Assembly (NCBI GenBank): GCA_964626795.1
Contig: CAZVIQ010000002.1
Coordinates: 1-43,337, forward strand
DNA from: an uncultured Muribaculaceae bacterium
GTDB taxonomy: Bacteria > Bacillota_I > Bacilli_A > RF39 > UBA660
DNA: 43,337 bases
Direction of reading: 5' to 3'
A program made the position numbers and the translations under genes. Positions within the stretch are counted from its first letter, which is position 1. The number at the start of each line of letters is the position of its first letter. This document shows, in pieces, positions 27,386 to 37,716 of this stretch. The notes under the pieces are model-generated. The model was not told where the DNA came from, did no database searches, and was given only the letters and a program-made list of their open reading frames with translations.

Positions 27386-28376
27386 AAAATGTATAGGTTG
27401 TGGTTCATTATTACAAAGCACTGTTGCTAATAAAAGTGGATATGTAAAGTCAAATAAACTTAATACTGCTGAATATTGTGAAAGATGTTTTAAAATTAAA
27501 AATTATGGTGACTGTGATATTGTAAGTGAAAAAAAAGATTTTAAGAAAATAATTGATAATATAAACAGTACTAATAATGCTATCGTTTATTTAGTAGATG
27601 TTTTAAATATAACTAAAGAAGAAGTAGAATATATCAATAAATTTAATAAAGATGTTTTTATTCTGCTTACTAAGAGAGATATATTACCTAAAAGCATTAA
27701 AGATAAAAAACTAATTGAATATTTTAAAAACAATTATTATAAAAATGAGAATATTATGTGCGTAAGTAGTTTTAAAAAATATAATATTGATAAATTTTTA
27801 AATCTATTAAAAGAAAAAAATATTTCTACTATACACGTAGTAGGTTTTACTAATGCTGGAAAAAGCACTTTTATAAATACGCTTCTTTCAAGTATTAATG
27901 AAAAACCATTTATAACAACAAGTGCGATTCCTAATACAACAAGTGACTTTATAAATATAAAACTAGGAGATATTACTATTATAGATACACCAGGATTTGT
28001 AACTAAAAACTCTATCTATAATCATTTGAATATAAATGAAGTATTAAAAATAATTCCTAAAAAAGAAATAAAGGTAAAGACTTATCAAATTAAACCTAAT
28101 GAATCGGTTATTGTAGATAATATATTAAGAATAGATCATCTTGGTGATAAAACTAATAGTTTTAGTTTTTATATGAATAATAATCTTAATTTTGAAAGGA
28201 TTAAAATTAAAACTAACGATAAGTTAAAAATGCTTCCAAAGAAAACTATACATATAAAAGGTAATGAAGATATTGTAATTAATGGTCTTGGTTTCATTAA
28301 AATAGTTAAAGAGACAGATGTTGTAATATATACACTTGATGAAAGTCTTATAAGTGTAAGAGAAAAGATGATATAG
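27378..28376 (+). CDS. yqeH: Ribosome biogenesis GTPase YqeH (circularly permuted)
   Basis: N-terminal zinc ribbon CIGCG...YCERCF. Permuted G motifs: TKRD before VVGFTNAGKSTFIN and DTPG. Confidence 0.85.
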   Translation: MIKKCIGCGSLLQSTVANKSGYVKSNKLNTAEYCERCFKIKNYGDCDIVSEKKDFKKIIDNINSTNNAIVYLVDVLNITKEEVEYINKFNKDVFILLTKRDILPKSIKDKKLIEYFKNNYYKNENIMCVSSFKKYNIDKFLNLLKEKNISTIHVVGFTNAGKSTFINTLLSSINEKPFITTSAIPNTTSDFINIKLGDITIIDTPGFVTKNSIYNHLNINEVLKIIPKKEIKVKTYQIKPNESVIVDNILRIDHLGDKTNSFSFYMNNNLNFERIKIKTNDKLKMLPKKTIHIKGNEDIVINGLGFIKIVKETDVVIYTLDESLISVREKMI

Positions 28377-28406
28377 TAATTAATTAAAAAAACAGAGGTG
28401 TGATAT

Positions 28407-30119
28407 ATGGGACAGATAAAAATAATGCCCGAAAATCTTGCAAATAAGATTGCAGCAGGAGAAGTAGTAGAGAAAGTAGCAAACGTAGTTAAAGAACTAG
28501 TGGAAAATAGTATAGATGCAGGTGCTAAAAGTATAAAAATAGAACTTTTAGAATCTGGAACAAGGCAAATTAAAGTTACTGATGATGGATCAGGAATGGA
28601 TGAAGAGGATGCACTTTTGGCATTTAGCAGGCACGCAACCAGTAAAATAAGAAGTGAAAATGATTTATTTTTTATAAATACTCTTGGTTTTCGTGGAGAA
28701 GCTTTAGCCTCTATCGCATCAGTTAGTCATATAAAATTAAATACATCAAAAGGTGGAGTTGGAACTTTTGTAGAAATAAAAGGTGGCAAACTAATAAATA
28801 AAGATAAAGGTGACGCAAGAGTTGGAACTATTATTGAGGTAAATAATCTTTTTTACAATACTCCTGCCAGACTAAAGTTTTTAAAAAGTTTGAATACTGA
28901 ACTTTCTAATACTGTTTTATATCTTGAAAAACTTTCACTTTCACATCCAGATATTTCATTTAGTTTATATAATGATGAAAAAGAAATATTTAAAACTACT
29001 GGAAGTAAAGATTTACTTAAAACGATTCATGAAGTATTTGGATTTAATGTAAGTAAAAATATGAACTATATTGAAGGTGAAAACTTTGATTATAAAGTAA
29101 GTGGTTATGTAAGTAATATTAGTATAAATAAAAGTAACAGGAGTTTTATAATTACTCTTGTTAATGGACGTGTAGTGCAAAATAGTGAACTTAATAAAGA
29201 AATTAAAGATTCTTATCATACATTTCTTGTTGAAAATAAATTTCCAATAACTGTAATAAATATAGAAACTGATCCTACTTTAATAGATGTGAATATTCAT
29301 CCAACGAAACAGGATATAAAATTTAGTAAAATAAATGCCCTTAAAGATTTAGTTTTTTCGTTAATAAGAGATAAACTAAATAATATAGATAATACTTTTA
29401 AAGCTTATAATGAGGAACCTGTTAAGTTTGAGATTCCTTTATCCGTAAAAGAGAAAGAAGAAATTAAACCGATAGAGTATAAAGAAATTGTAATGAGTTT
29501 TGACGTGAATGAACCAACTGTGGAATTTAATAAAGAAGAAATTTTAATTACACCTGTAGGACTTGCACTTGGTACTTATCTTATTGCAGAAACTTCTGGT
29601 ACTATGTTTATGATTGATATACATGCTGCAAATGAAAGAATTAATTATGAAATATATTTAGATGCTTTAAAAAGAGAAAGAAACGATTCAATAGATTTAA
29701 TTATTCCTATAAATATAGAACTTACTAAAAATGAATTTATGATAATAAATGAAAATATAGAAGTGTTAAAAGCAATGAATTTTGAAATAGAGGAATTTGG
29801 AATAAATACTTTTAAAATTAGTTCTCATCCAATATGGCTTAAGGAAGGTTACGAAGAAGAGAGTATTAGAAAAATATTTGATCTTATATATATGTTTAAC
29901 GGTGATTTTGACAGAGTAAAATTTAATGAGCGTCTAGCAATGAATTTAGCCTGTAAGATGAGTGTTAAAGCAAACACAAGTATTGGAGCTATTGAACAGG
30001 AAACTCTTATAAATAGACTGTTTAAATGCGAATTTCCATATACCTGTCCTCATGGAAGACCTACTATTATAAAATATCCTAAATATGAACTTGAAAAGCT
30101 CTTTAAGAGGGTAGAATAA
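28407..30119 (+). CDS. mutL: DNA mismatch repair endonuclease MutL
   Basis: GHKL ATPase N-domain (IAAGEVVEKVANVVKELVENSIDAG, DDGSGM, LGFRGEAL). C-terminal endonuclease motifs DIHAANERINYE and CPHGRP. Confidence 0.95.
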   Translation: MGQIKIMPENLANKIAAGEVVEKVANVVKELVENSIDAGAKSIKIELLESGTRQIKVTDDGSGMDEEDALLAFSRHATSKIRSENDLFFINTLGFRGEALASIASVSHIKLNTSKGGVGTFVEIKGGKLINKDKGDARVGTIIEVNNLFYNTPARLKFLKSLNTELSNTVLYLEKLSLSHPDISFSLYNDEKEIFKTTGSKDLLKTIHEVFGFNVSKNMNYIEGENFDYKVSGYVSNISINKSNRSFIITLVNGRVVQNSELNKEIKDSYHTFLVENKFPITVINIETDPTLIDVNIHPTKQDIKFSKINALKDLVFSLIRDKLNNIDNTFKAYNEEPVKFEIPLSVKEKEEIKPIEYKEIVMSFDVNEPTVEFNKEEILITPVGLALGTYLIAETSGTMFMIDIHAANERINYEIYLDALKRERNDSIDLIIPINIELTKNEFMIINENIEVLKAMNFEIEEFGINTFKISSHPIWLKEGYEEESIRKIFDLIYMFNGDFDRVKFNERLAMNLACKMSVKANTSIGAIEQETLINRLFKCEFPYTCPHGRPTIIKYPKYELEKLFKRVE

Positions 30120-30997
30120 TGAGTAAAATAATAGTTCTTGTAGGGCCTACTGGTATTGGTAAAACTAAATTAAGCATAATGCTTGCTAAAAAATATAATG
30201 CAGAAATTATTAATACTGATAGAATGGCTATGTACAAAGAAACCTCAATTGGAACTGCAAAAGTAACTGATAAAGAAATGGAAGGTATAGTTCATTATTT
30301 TATCAGTAATATTTCACTTAATGATTACTATACAATATATGATTTTCAAAAGGAAGGTAGAAAAGTACTTGATAACCTAATAAAAAAGAATAGAAATGTA
30401 ATCGTGGTTGGAGGAAGTGGGCTATATACTAAAGCTCTTTTATATGATTATAAACTTGAAGATGAAGTTAAAATCAATGATAGTTATGAAAATCTATCTA
30501 ATGAAGAACTTAAAGCTTTAGCGGATTCAATTTCTGAAAATGATATTCATAAAAATAATAGAAAGAAATTAATTAGATTTATAAATTCATACAAATCAGG
30601 TAATTCTATTAAAAACTCTGATGAAAAAGATAAGCCTTTGTACAATTTCATTATTATAGGTTTAACTACTGAAAGAGAAGAACTTTATAAAAGACTGAAT
30701 GACAGAGTAGATAAAATGATAAAGGTTGGACTTGTAGAAGAAGCTAAAAAATTATATGAAAAAGAATATTACAGTTTAAGTAATATAATTGGATATAAAG
30801 AATTGATTCCTTATTTTAAAGGAGAATTAGATTTAGAGTCAACAATAGAAGACATAAAAAAAGATACCAGACACTATGCAAAAAGGCAATATACATGGTA
30901 CAGGCATCAATTTAATAATATTAATTGGTTTAATGTAGATTTCAATAATATAAATAATACATTTAAAGAAATAGATGAGTTTATTTCGCTTCAATAA
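30119..30997 (+). CDS. miaA: tRNA dimethylallyltransferase
   Basis: P-loop GPTGIGKT, with GGSGLY and YAKRQYTW motifs. ATGA overlap with mutL. Confidence 0.9.
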   Translation: MSKIIVLVGPTGIGKTKLSIMLAKKYNAEIINTDRMAMYKETSIGTAKVTDKEMEGIVHYFISNISLNDYYTIYDFQKEGRKVLDNLIKKNRNVIVVGGSGLYTKALLYDYKLEDEVKINDSYENLSNEELKALADSISENDIHKNNRKKLIRFINSYKSGNSIKNSDEKDKPLYNFIIIGLTTEREELYKRLNDRVDKMIKVGLVEEAKKLYEKEYYSLSNIIGYKELIPYFKGELDLESTIEDIKKDTRHYAKRQYTWYRHQFNNINWFNVDFNNINNTFKEIDEFISLQ

Positions 30998-31883
30998 AGA
31001 ACGTAGTATCAAAATTATGTTCTTTTTTATCTATTTCAATTAATTTTTCAGTACTTATTAAGAAAAATTTATCTTTTAAATCATGTTCACTGTCAGTATC
31101 ACTCCAAGTAATATCAATATGACTCCATTTATCATTAATATAAACTAAGTTCCAGATATGATTTTCAGTAGATACCTTTATATTTGGAATTCCAAGTTTG
31201 TCTAAAAATAAAGCCATTGCATCACTGTAACCACTGCATACTGCTTTTCCATCAAATAAAGCACCAGTAGCTTTTGTAGATGGACTTTTTACATCTCCGC
31301 CTAGAAAGTCATCATCATATGTTACATTATTTACTAAATAATATTTTATTTTTCTAAGATTGTTTTCAACTTCATTTTCTTTTAATTCTAACTGTTCAAT
31401 AACTTCCTTAACTTTCTCATTAAGAAGTTCTATTTCATTTTGAGTATATGATTTATGAACTGTTAAAGTTATCGTACCATATTCATCTATCGAAGTATCT
31501 AAATATGCAAAACTGTTATATGGACTAACATAGTTGTTTATTTTGCTTATTAAAGTAGTATCATTACTCATAACTCTTATATCATCAAGACATCTTTCAT
31601 ATTCATCAGGACAATAAAATGTAAATGTATCCCATCCATTATTAAGAATATTAAAATATATATTTTCTAAATCATCTTTATTCATAGGTTTGTAATCATC
31701 AAGATACATAAATCTCTTAAAATTATAATCTCTTCTATAGTCATTGCTGTCTTCAATTACTAAAGGCATATTTTTGGTGAAGAATTTAATTGTATAGTCA
31801 GTTATAGTATCAATATTAAAATATACTAAAGGTATTAGCAGTATTAAGAAAGAAATAAATATAAAACTTACTATCTTTTTCAT
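30981..31883 (-). CDS. Membrane-anchored transglutaminase-like domain protein (Cys-His-Asp triad present)
   Basis: 300 aa with an N-terminal TM segment. Core GKAVCSGYSDAMALFLDKLGIPNIKVSTENHIWNLVYINDKWSHIDITW. Its 3' end overlaps the miaA 3' end by 17 nt (convergent). Confidence 0.7.
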   Translation of the reverse strand: MKKIVSFIFISFLILLIPLVYFNIDTITDYTIKFFTKNMPLVIEDSNDYRRDYNFKRFMYLDDYKPMNKDDLENIYFNILNNGWDTFTFYCPDEYERCLDDIRVMSNDTTLISKINNYVSPYNSFAYLDTSIDEYGTITLTVHKSYTQNEIELLNEKVKEVIEQLELKENEVENNLRKIKYYLVNNVTYDDDFLGGDVKSPSTKATGALFDGKAVCSGYSDAMALFLDKLGIPNIKVSTENHIWNLVYINDKWSHIDITWSDTDSEHDLKDKFFLISTEKLIEIDKKEHNFDTTFFIEAK

Positions 31884-31895
31884 ATTATAAGTATA

Positions 31896-31921
31896 ACAAA
31901 AAAAAGTAGCAAAGACTACTT
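31896..31921 (-). terminator. Terminator of rpsT
   Basis: Minus strand reads AAGTAG-tctttg-CTACTT followed by U8. The stem includes the rpsT stop codon. Confidence 0.6.
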
Positions 31922-32179
31922 TAATTCATTTATTTTTTTTGATAAATTTGATTTATATCTGTTTTTAGCATTATCTTTAATAACGTTAGCTTTACATGCC
32001 TTGTCAATTTTCTTAAATGCTAGATTTAAATTTTTTGCTGCTTCTTCTTTATTTGCTTCACGAACATTTTTATCTACTCTTTTAATAGCAGTTTTCATAG
32101 AAGATTTTAAATCATTGTTTGATACCTGTTTCTTTACAGTAGTTTTTACTCTTTTTATAGCACTTTTAATATTTGGCAT
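31916..32179 (-). CDS. rpsT: 30S ribosomal protein S20
   Basis: MPNIKSAIKRVKTT... from ATG 32179, preceded by GGAGGTG. The track's longer start at 32194 would overlap the RBS. Confidence 0.92.
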   Translation of the reverse strand: MPNIKSAIKRVKTTVKKQVSNNDLKSSMKTAIKRVDKNVREANKEEAAKNLNLAFKKIDKACKANVIKDNAKNRYKSNLSKKINELK

Positions 32180-32300
32180 AATCCACCTCCTCATGAATAC
32201 TTTTAAAGTTTATCAAAATTCCTATTAAAAATCAAGTTTTTCTTAAAGAAATAACATAATTTCTACATAATTTGTGATTTTCATAATATATACTTTATAT

Positions 32301-33275
32301 ATGAAAAGAAGATTTAAAACAAAACATAAATTTAACAGATTTATAAAAACAGGTTGTTATCTGTATGTTTTTTATGTATTAGTAAGTATAGTGTTTAACG
32401 GAAAAGTAATAAACATTAAAAACTTCTTATTAAATAGTTCATTAAATAATATGATAAATGAGAAAAGTTATTTATTAAAACTTGTGGATGTTAATATAAC
32501 AACTCCTAAAAATATTGTATATGCTTCTTTTAATAAAGTAATAGGTAAAGAGGATCTTTCAGTGTTTAAAAACGAGCATGATGACTATGACAGTTATGAA
32601 AAAAATAATTCTGTATATGTGGAAGATATAAATGAAACAGTAGTGTCTAATCCAGTTGTTTATATTTATAATACACATCAGCTTGAAGAATATAGTTCAG
32701 AACTTTTAAATAATTATAATATTAAACCAAATGTAATGATTGCTTCTTATACATTAAAAGAAAAACTTGTAAATTTAGGAGTAAATACTATAGTTGAAAA
32801 AAACAATATAAAAGAGTATTTAAATAGTAACGGACTTACTTATGATTACAGTTACAGAGCTTCAAGATATTTTCTAAATGAAGCTATTAAAAATAATTCA
32901 GGATTAAGATATTTTATAGATATACATAGAGATTCTGCTCCATTAAATGTAACACTTTTAAAAACAGAAGATAAAGAATATGCAAGAATACTTTTTGTAG
33001 TTGGTATGGATAATAAAAAATGCGAGGAAAATTTAAAAATTGTTACCGATATGAATAATAGAATGGAAGAAAAACTTAAAGGTATATCAAGAGGAATAAT
33101 GAAAAAAGGCGGGAAAGGTGGAAATAATTATATTTTTAATCAGGATATAAGCACTAATTCAGTTTTAATAGAAATAGGCGCAGTAGAAAACAATATTGAA
33201 CAAGTTTATAATACGTTGGAAATTCTTGCTGAAGTAATTTCAGAAATAGTAAAGGGAGGTGCATATGGAACCTAA
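32301..33275 (+). CDS. spoIIP: Stage II sporulation protein P (SpoIIP)
   Basis: N-terminal TM segment, VYIYNTHQLEEY, IDIHRDS, and a late ILFVVG...IEIG region typical of SpoIIP. The start is ATG 32301 or the track's GTG 32274. Confidence 0.8.
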   Translation: MKRRFKTKHKFNRFIKTGCYLYVFYVLVSIVFNGKVINIKNFLLNSSLNNMINEKSYLLKLVDVNITTPKNIVYASFNKVIGKEDLSVFKNEHDDYDSYEKNNSVYVEDINETVVSNPVVYIYNTHQLEEYSSELLNNYNIKPNVMIASYTLKEKLVNLGVNTIVEKNNIKEYLNSNGLTYDYSYRASRYFLNEAIKNNSGLRYFIDIHRDSAPLNVTLLKTEDKEYARILFVVGMDNKKCEENLKIVTDMNNRMEEKLKGISRGIMKKGGKGGNNYIFNQDISTNSVLIEIGAVENNIEQVYNTLEILAEVISEIVKGGAYGT

Positions 33276-33600
33276 AAAAAAGAATAAAAATTATATGACT
33301 ATAACTATTATACTTTTCTTTATATTTTTTCTAGCTCTTTATTCATCTCAGGTAGGTGGATATTATGAATATGGACAATATAAGAAAGCAGCTTTAACCA
33401 ATGAAGCTATTGAAGAATTTGAAAAAGATATACAACAGGGTAAAGAAATTGATTCAAAGGAATATTTAAATTCTAAATATAAAGATTATTCAAATAATAT
33501 GTCTAAAATCGGTCTTAAAACTAGTTCTTATATAGAAAAAGTATTTACTGAAGGAATAAGAAATACTTTTAGGTATTTAAGTAAATTAGTTCTTGAATAA
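33265..33600 (+). CDS. Small membrane protein in the yqxA (DUF3679) position after spoIIP
   Basis: About 111 aa with a single TM segment. RBS GGGAGG lies 5 nt before ATG 33265, and the gene overlaps the spoIIP end. The family assignment rests on synteny only. Confidence 0.4.
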   Translation: MEPKKKNKNYMTITIILFFIFFLALYSSQVGGYYEYGQYKKAALTNEAIEEFEKDIQQGKEIDSKEYLNSKYKDYSNNMSKIGLKTSSYIEKVFTEGIRNTFRYLSKLVLE

Positions 33601-33671
33601 AAATCCTTAAAAATAAAAATTTACTTTTGTTATTTTTTTATTTATAATATTATGAATAAGGAAGTGCAATA

Positions 33672-34709
33672 ATGGAGAATTCTTTTGAATATGATGAAAA
33701 GATTATTGAATATACTAAAAGGTTATTTAGAATAACTGAAGTTATTGATGGTATTTATGAGAGATTATATAATTTGGAAATTTCTGGTAATAAAAACAGT
33801 GATAAATATAATAAAGCAATAAGAGATTTAAATATAGCTTTAGAAGTAGAATCTTTAATTTATAGTGAAATTACATATGATTCAAACATCATTAATTCTA
33901 TAATAAATTATATATTAGCAACAGAAGTTTTGGATAAATATGAATCTGCAAGCATTAGTTTATTATCACAAAAGAATTTTTATAAAATTCCAAGAAGAAT
34001 AATAAACAATTTATTTGAAAGAGTTCATAATAATAAAAACTTTTTACCAAATGAACCAGAAAATAAAATTGTTGGTGTAAAGCAAAGTGAATCTATTTAT
34101 TATTGTTTAAACAATATTGATTTATCTTTTGAAATTAATAATGCATTTATAAATGAAATATTTATACTTTTTTTAAATATTTTAGAAGAATATATTGAAA
34201 ATGAAAAAGTTTCTCATTTAAGTGTTGATTTAATGAAAATAAAATATGATTTATCTTTTGTCATAAAAAGAATAGAGACTAAGTTAATCTCTGAAAATTT
34301 TGATGTAAAAAATTCATCGCTATTCTTATCTGATTATATGAAAAATTATTTAGATCTTAGTGATGATGAATTTGAATTATTAAAACAGCAGTTTTTAGAA
34401 ATTGAGATATACGAACAAATTCCAAATCTTCTTAATACTCACGACTATGAATATAATAAAGCAAAAAAAATGATAGCATCATTACTCAGATGTGCATATT
34501 TAAGAGCAGGTTTATTACTTTTAAATGAAGAAGAACATGCAGAAGTTAAAGATTATATACCTGAGTATATGTTAGAAGAAGAATACAAACCATATGAAAA
34601 TGAAAAAATAGGTATTAAATTTATAATGTATGTTATTAATTCAACTAATGAAGATAGAAATAGGTATTTAAAGAAAAATATTTATGTAATGGAAAAAAGA
34701 GAAGAATAG
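33672..34709 (+). CDS. Hypothetical protein (345 aa, predicted helical, cytoplasmic)
   Basis: Long ORF with RBS AAGGAAG. No recognisable motif. Confidence 0.55.
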   Translation: MENSFEYDEKIIEYTKRLFRITEVIDGIYERLYNLEISGNKNSDKYNKAIRDLNIALEVESLIYSEITYDSNIINSIINYILATEVLDKYESASISLLSQKNFYKIPRRIINNLFERVHNNKNFLPNEPENKIVGVKQSESIYYCLNNIDLSFEINNAFINEIFILFLNILEEYIENEKVSHLSVDLMKIKYDLSFVIKRIETKLISENFDVKNSSLFLSDYMKNYLDLSDDEFELLKQQFLEIEIYEQIPNLLNTHDYEYNKAKKMIASLLRCAYLRAGLLLLNEEEHAEVKDYIPEYMLEEEYKPYENEKIGIKFIMYVINSTNEDRNRYLKKNIYVMEKREE

Positions 34710-34775
34710 TTTAAAAACAAGCTTTTTTTTCTTTAATTAAATTGTAATTTATTGTATAATTAATATGGAGGATTT

Positions 34776-35186
34776 ATGAAAGTCAGTAGAAGTGAATTAA
34801 GAGAAAAAATAATGGTTATTTTATATCAAATATATTTATATAGAAAAGAGAAAATAGAATATGATATAAATGAAATAATAAAAGAAAATGTAAAAATAGA
34901 AAATAAATTTGTTAATGATATTGTCTATGGAGTATTAGAAAAAGAAAAAGAAATAGACACTATTATTAACAAGCATTTAAAGAACTGGACAATAGATAGA
35001 CTTGGAACAACTGATAAGGCAATATTTAGAATTTGTACGTATGAACTAATGTTTTATGATACTCCAAGTATAGTAAGTATAAATGAAGGAGTAGAGCTTG
35101 GTAAAAAATATAGTGATGATAAAGTAATTAAAATGATAAATGCTACTCTTGATAGTATTTTAAGTAATGAGGTTAATCATGAATAA
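34776..35186 (+). CDS. nusB: Transcription antitermination factor NusB
   Basis: 136 aa. REKIMVILYQ and WTIDRLGTTDKAIFRICTYELMF motifs. Confidence 0.9.
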   Translation: MKVSRSELREKIMVILYQIYLYRKEKIEYDINEIIKENVKIENKFVNDIVYGVLEKEKEIDTIINKHLKNWTIDRLGTTDKAIFRICTYELMFYDTPSIVSINEGVELGKKYSDDKVIKMINATLDSILSNEVNHE

Positions 35187-36375
35187 CGAGAATTATTTAA
35201 GTGTTCAAGACATTAATAGTTATTTAAAAAGTATAATGGATAATAATGAATTCTTAAACAATGTATACATAAAAGGCGAAATAAGTAATTTAAAATTTCA
35301 TCCGAGAGGTCACTTATATTTTACTTTGAAAGACGAAGAATCAAGAATAAATGCAGTAATGTTTAATTATAGAAGCTATCCACTTTTATTTACACCTAAA
35401 GATGGTGATTCAGTTTTAGTTAAAGGAAAAGTTACTGTTTATGTTGCAGGTGGAAATTATCAAATAACTGTTACTGATATGAAAGAAGATGGAGTAGGAG
35501 ACTTATATAAAGTATTTGAAGAATTAAAACGAAAGTTAAGTCAAGAAGGATTATTTGATGAAAGTCATAAAAAACCTTTACCTAAACTTCCTAAAAGAAT
35601 AGGAGTTATAACTGCTTCAACAGGAGCTGCTATAAAAGATATAATATCCACTATAAATAGAAGATATCCTATATGTGAAATAATATTATTTCCAAGTTTA
35701 GTTCAGGGTATAGGAGCTAAAGAAGATATTGTTAAACAGATAAAGCTTGCAGATAAGAGCAATCTGGATGTAATCATAGCTGGAAGAGGTGGAGGAAGTA
35801 TAGAAGATTTATGGGCTTTCAACGAGGAAATTGTTGCAAGAACCATATTTGAATGTAATACTCCTATAATAAGTGCAGTAGGGCACGAAATAGACTTTAC
35901 AATTTCGGATTTTGTAGCAGATAAAAGAGCTCCGACACCGACAGGAGCGGCTGAAATGGTAGTTCCTTCAAAAGAAGAATTATTAAAAGTACTTGATGAC
36001 TCAAGGCTTAGAAATATTAATGCTATAAGCAAAATATACAGTATGAAGGAAGAAAAACTCGCGTTCTTTAAAAACAATCATATTTTAAATAATCCAATAA
36101 ACTTATATGAAGCAAAGGAACTAGCACTTGATCATACAATAGAAAAAATAAATTACAATATTAAAAGAATAATAGAAAAAAACGAATATAGGTTTAATAA
36201 TATATCAATAAAATTAAATTTATTAAATCCTAAAAATATATTGGATAAAGGATATTCGATTCTATATAAAGGCAGTAAAATAATAAAAGATAAGAACGAA
36301 TTAAAAGTATCTGATAATATAAATATAATGATAAGTAATGGAAGCATAAATGCTTCAGTAAAGGAAGTGATATAA
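35179..36375 (+). CDS. xseA: Exodeoxyribonuclease VII large subunit
   Basis: OB-fold N-terminus (YIKGEISNLKFHPRGHLYFTLKD), then IGVITASTGAAIKDI and GRGGGSIEDLWAFN. I prefer ATG 35179 (RBS GAGG). Confidence 0.92.
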   Translation: MNNENYLSVQDINSYLKSIMDNNEFLNNVYIKGEISNLKFHPRGHLYFTLKDEESRINAVMFNYRSYPLLFTPKDGDSVLVKGKVTVYVAGGNYQITVTDMKEDGVGDLYKVFEELKRKLSQEGLFDESHKKPLPKLPKRIGVITASTGAAIKDIISTINRRYPICEIILFPSLVQGIGAKEDIVKQIKLADKSNLDVIIAGRGGGSIEDLWAFNEEIVARTIFECNTPIISAVGHEIDFTISDFVADKRAPTPTGAAEMVVPSKEELLKVLDDSRLRNINAISKIYSMKEEKLAFFKNNHILNNPINLYEAKELALDHTIEKINYNIKRIIEKNEYRFNNISIKLNLLNPKNILDKGYSILYKGSKIIKDKNELKVSDNINIMISNGSINASVKEVI

Positions 36376-36591
36376 ATGGAAGAGTTAACATTTGAAACAG
36401 CATTAAAAAAATTAGAACTTATAACTAGAGAGCTTGAGAACGGAGAAATTGATTTAGATTCGTCGATTTTAAAATATAAGGAAGCTACTGATTTAATTGA
36501 ATTCTGTTCAGAAAAATTAAAAAATGCTCATGAAGCTGTGACAAAGATAGTTAATCCAGATGGAACATTATCAGATTTTAAAGAAGAATAA
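36376..36591 (+). CDS. xseB: Exodeoxyribonuclease VII small subunit
   Basis: 71 aa. FETALKKLELITRELENGEIDLDSSILKYKEA. Immediately adjacent to xseA. Confidence 0.9.
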   Translation: MEELTFETALKKLELITRELENGEIDLDSSILKYKEATDLIEFCSEKLKNAHEAVTKIVNPDGTLSDFKEE

Positions 36592-36601
36592 TTAAAAGAT
36601 T

Positions 36602-36634
36602 ACCAATAATTACTATAACAATTATTGGTTTTTT
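36602..36634 (+). terminator. Rho-independent terminator
   Basis: Perfect 10-bp stem ACCAATAATT / AATTATTGGT with an 8-nt loop and a T5 run. Confidence 0.7.
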
Positions 36635-36664
36635 ATTTATAATATTTTAGTTCATAATATAAAT

Positions 36665-37648
36665 ATGAGATATGGAAAGAAAGTAATTATAATTTTATTA
36701 TCATTTTTTATGTTTAATTTCAATCTATTTGCTTACTCTGAAAAAGTTATTCCTGGTGGGGATAATATTGGAATAACTCTTAATAGTGAAGGATTAATAG
36801 TAGTTGGATTTTATAAGGTAAATGATAAGTTTATTGCTAAAGAAACACTTAAAATAGGAGATGTTATTTTAAAAGTGGAAGGAAATGACATACATTCTAT
36901 AAATGATCTTTCATCTTTAATAAGTGAAAATATAGTTGATGATGCAGTTAGTATTGAAGTAAAAAGAAATAATAAAATAATTGAGTTAAAGCTTAGTTTA
37001 ATCTATGAAGAAGATGTTTATAAAACAGGTCTATATATTAAAGATAAAGTTACTGGTATTGGAACTCTAACCTTTGTTGATCCTGTAACAAGAATATATG
37101 GAGCTCTTGGACATGAAATAATTCTTAGTGATACTGGTAAGAGAGTAGAGATTAAAAATGGGAGTATATTCTCTAGTTATGTAAATAGTATTGATAGAAG
37201 TACAAATGGAACTGTAGGAAGTAAGAATGCAACTATACTATATAATAATGAAATAGGTAGCGTTGTTAAAAATACTGAATTTGGTATATATGGAACTTAT
37301 TCTGGAAATATAAATAATAGCAGTGTGCTAGAAGTTAGTACATTTGATGAAATAGAAAGTGGACCTGCTAAAATAAGAACTATTATAAATGGTGAATTAA
37401 TAAAAGAATATAATATATATATTATAGATAAAGATAAAAATAAACTAAATACTACAAAAGCTATTTTATTTGAGATAGCGGATGAATCACTCATTGAAAG
37501 TACTGGAGGTATTGTACAAGGTATGAGCGGAAGTCCAATCATACAGAACAATAAAATAATAGGTGCAGTAACTAACGTAGTTATTGATGATGTAAAAAGG
37601 GGATATGGAATATTTATAAGGACTATGCTCGAAGAAGGAGAAAGGTAA
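36665..37648 (+). CDS. spoIVB: SpoIVB peptidase (S55) with PDZ domain
   Basis: Signal/TM segment, PDZ segment LKIGDVILKVEGNDIHSINDL, GTLTFVDP...GALGHEI, and the catalytic Ser motif GMSGSPIIQNNKIIGAVT. Confidence 0.85.
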   Translation: MRYGKKVIIILLSFFMFNFNLFAYSEKVIPGGDNIGITLNSEGLIVVGFYKVNDKFIAKETLKIGDVILKVEGNDIHSINDLSSLISENIVDDAVSIEVKRNNKIIELKLSLIYEEDVYKTGLYIKDKVTGIGTLTFVDPVTRIYGALGHEIILSDTGKRVEIKNGSIFSSYVNSIDRSTNGTVGSKNATILYNNEIGSVVKNTEFGIYGTYSGNINNSSVLEVSTFDEIESGPAKIRTIINGELIKEYNIYIIDKDKNKLNTTKAILFEIADESLIESTGGIVQGMSGSPIIQNNKIIGAVTNVVIDDVKRGYGIFIRTMLEEGER

Positions 37649-37716
37649 TTCTCTTTTTTTCTGTACAAATATGTTGTAAAGTAGTATAATATATGCCATA
37701 AAAAAGGAGAATTAAT

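Noticed and set aside
32001-32228. 75-aa plus-strand ORF
   Set aside because: It is antisense to rpsT, whose product is unmistakable. Shadow ORF.
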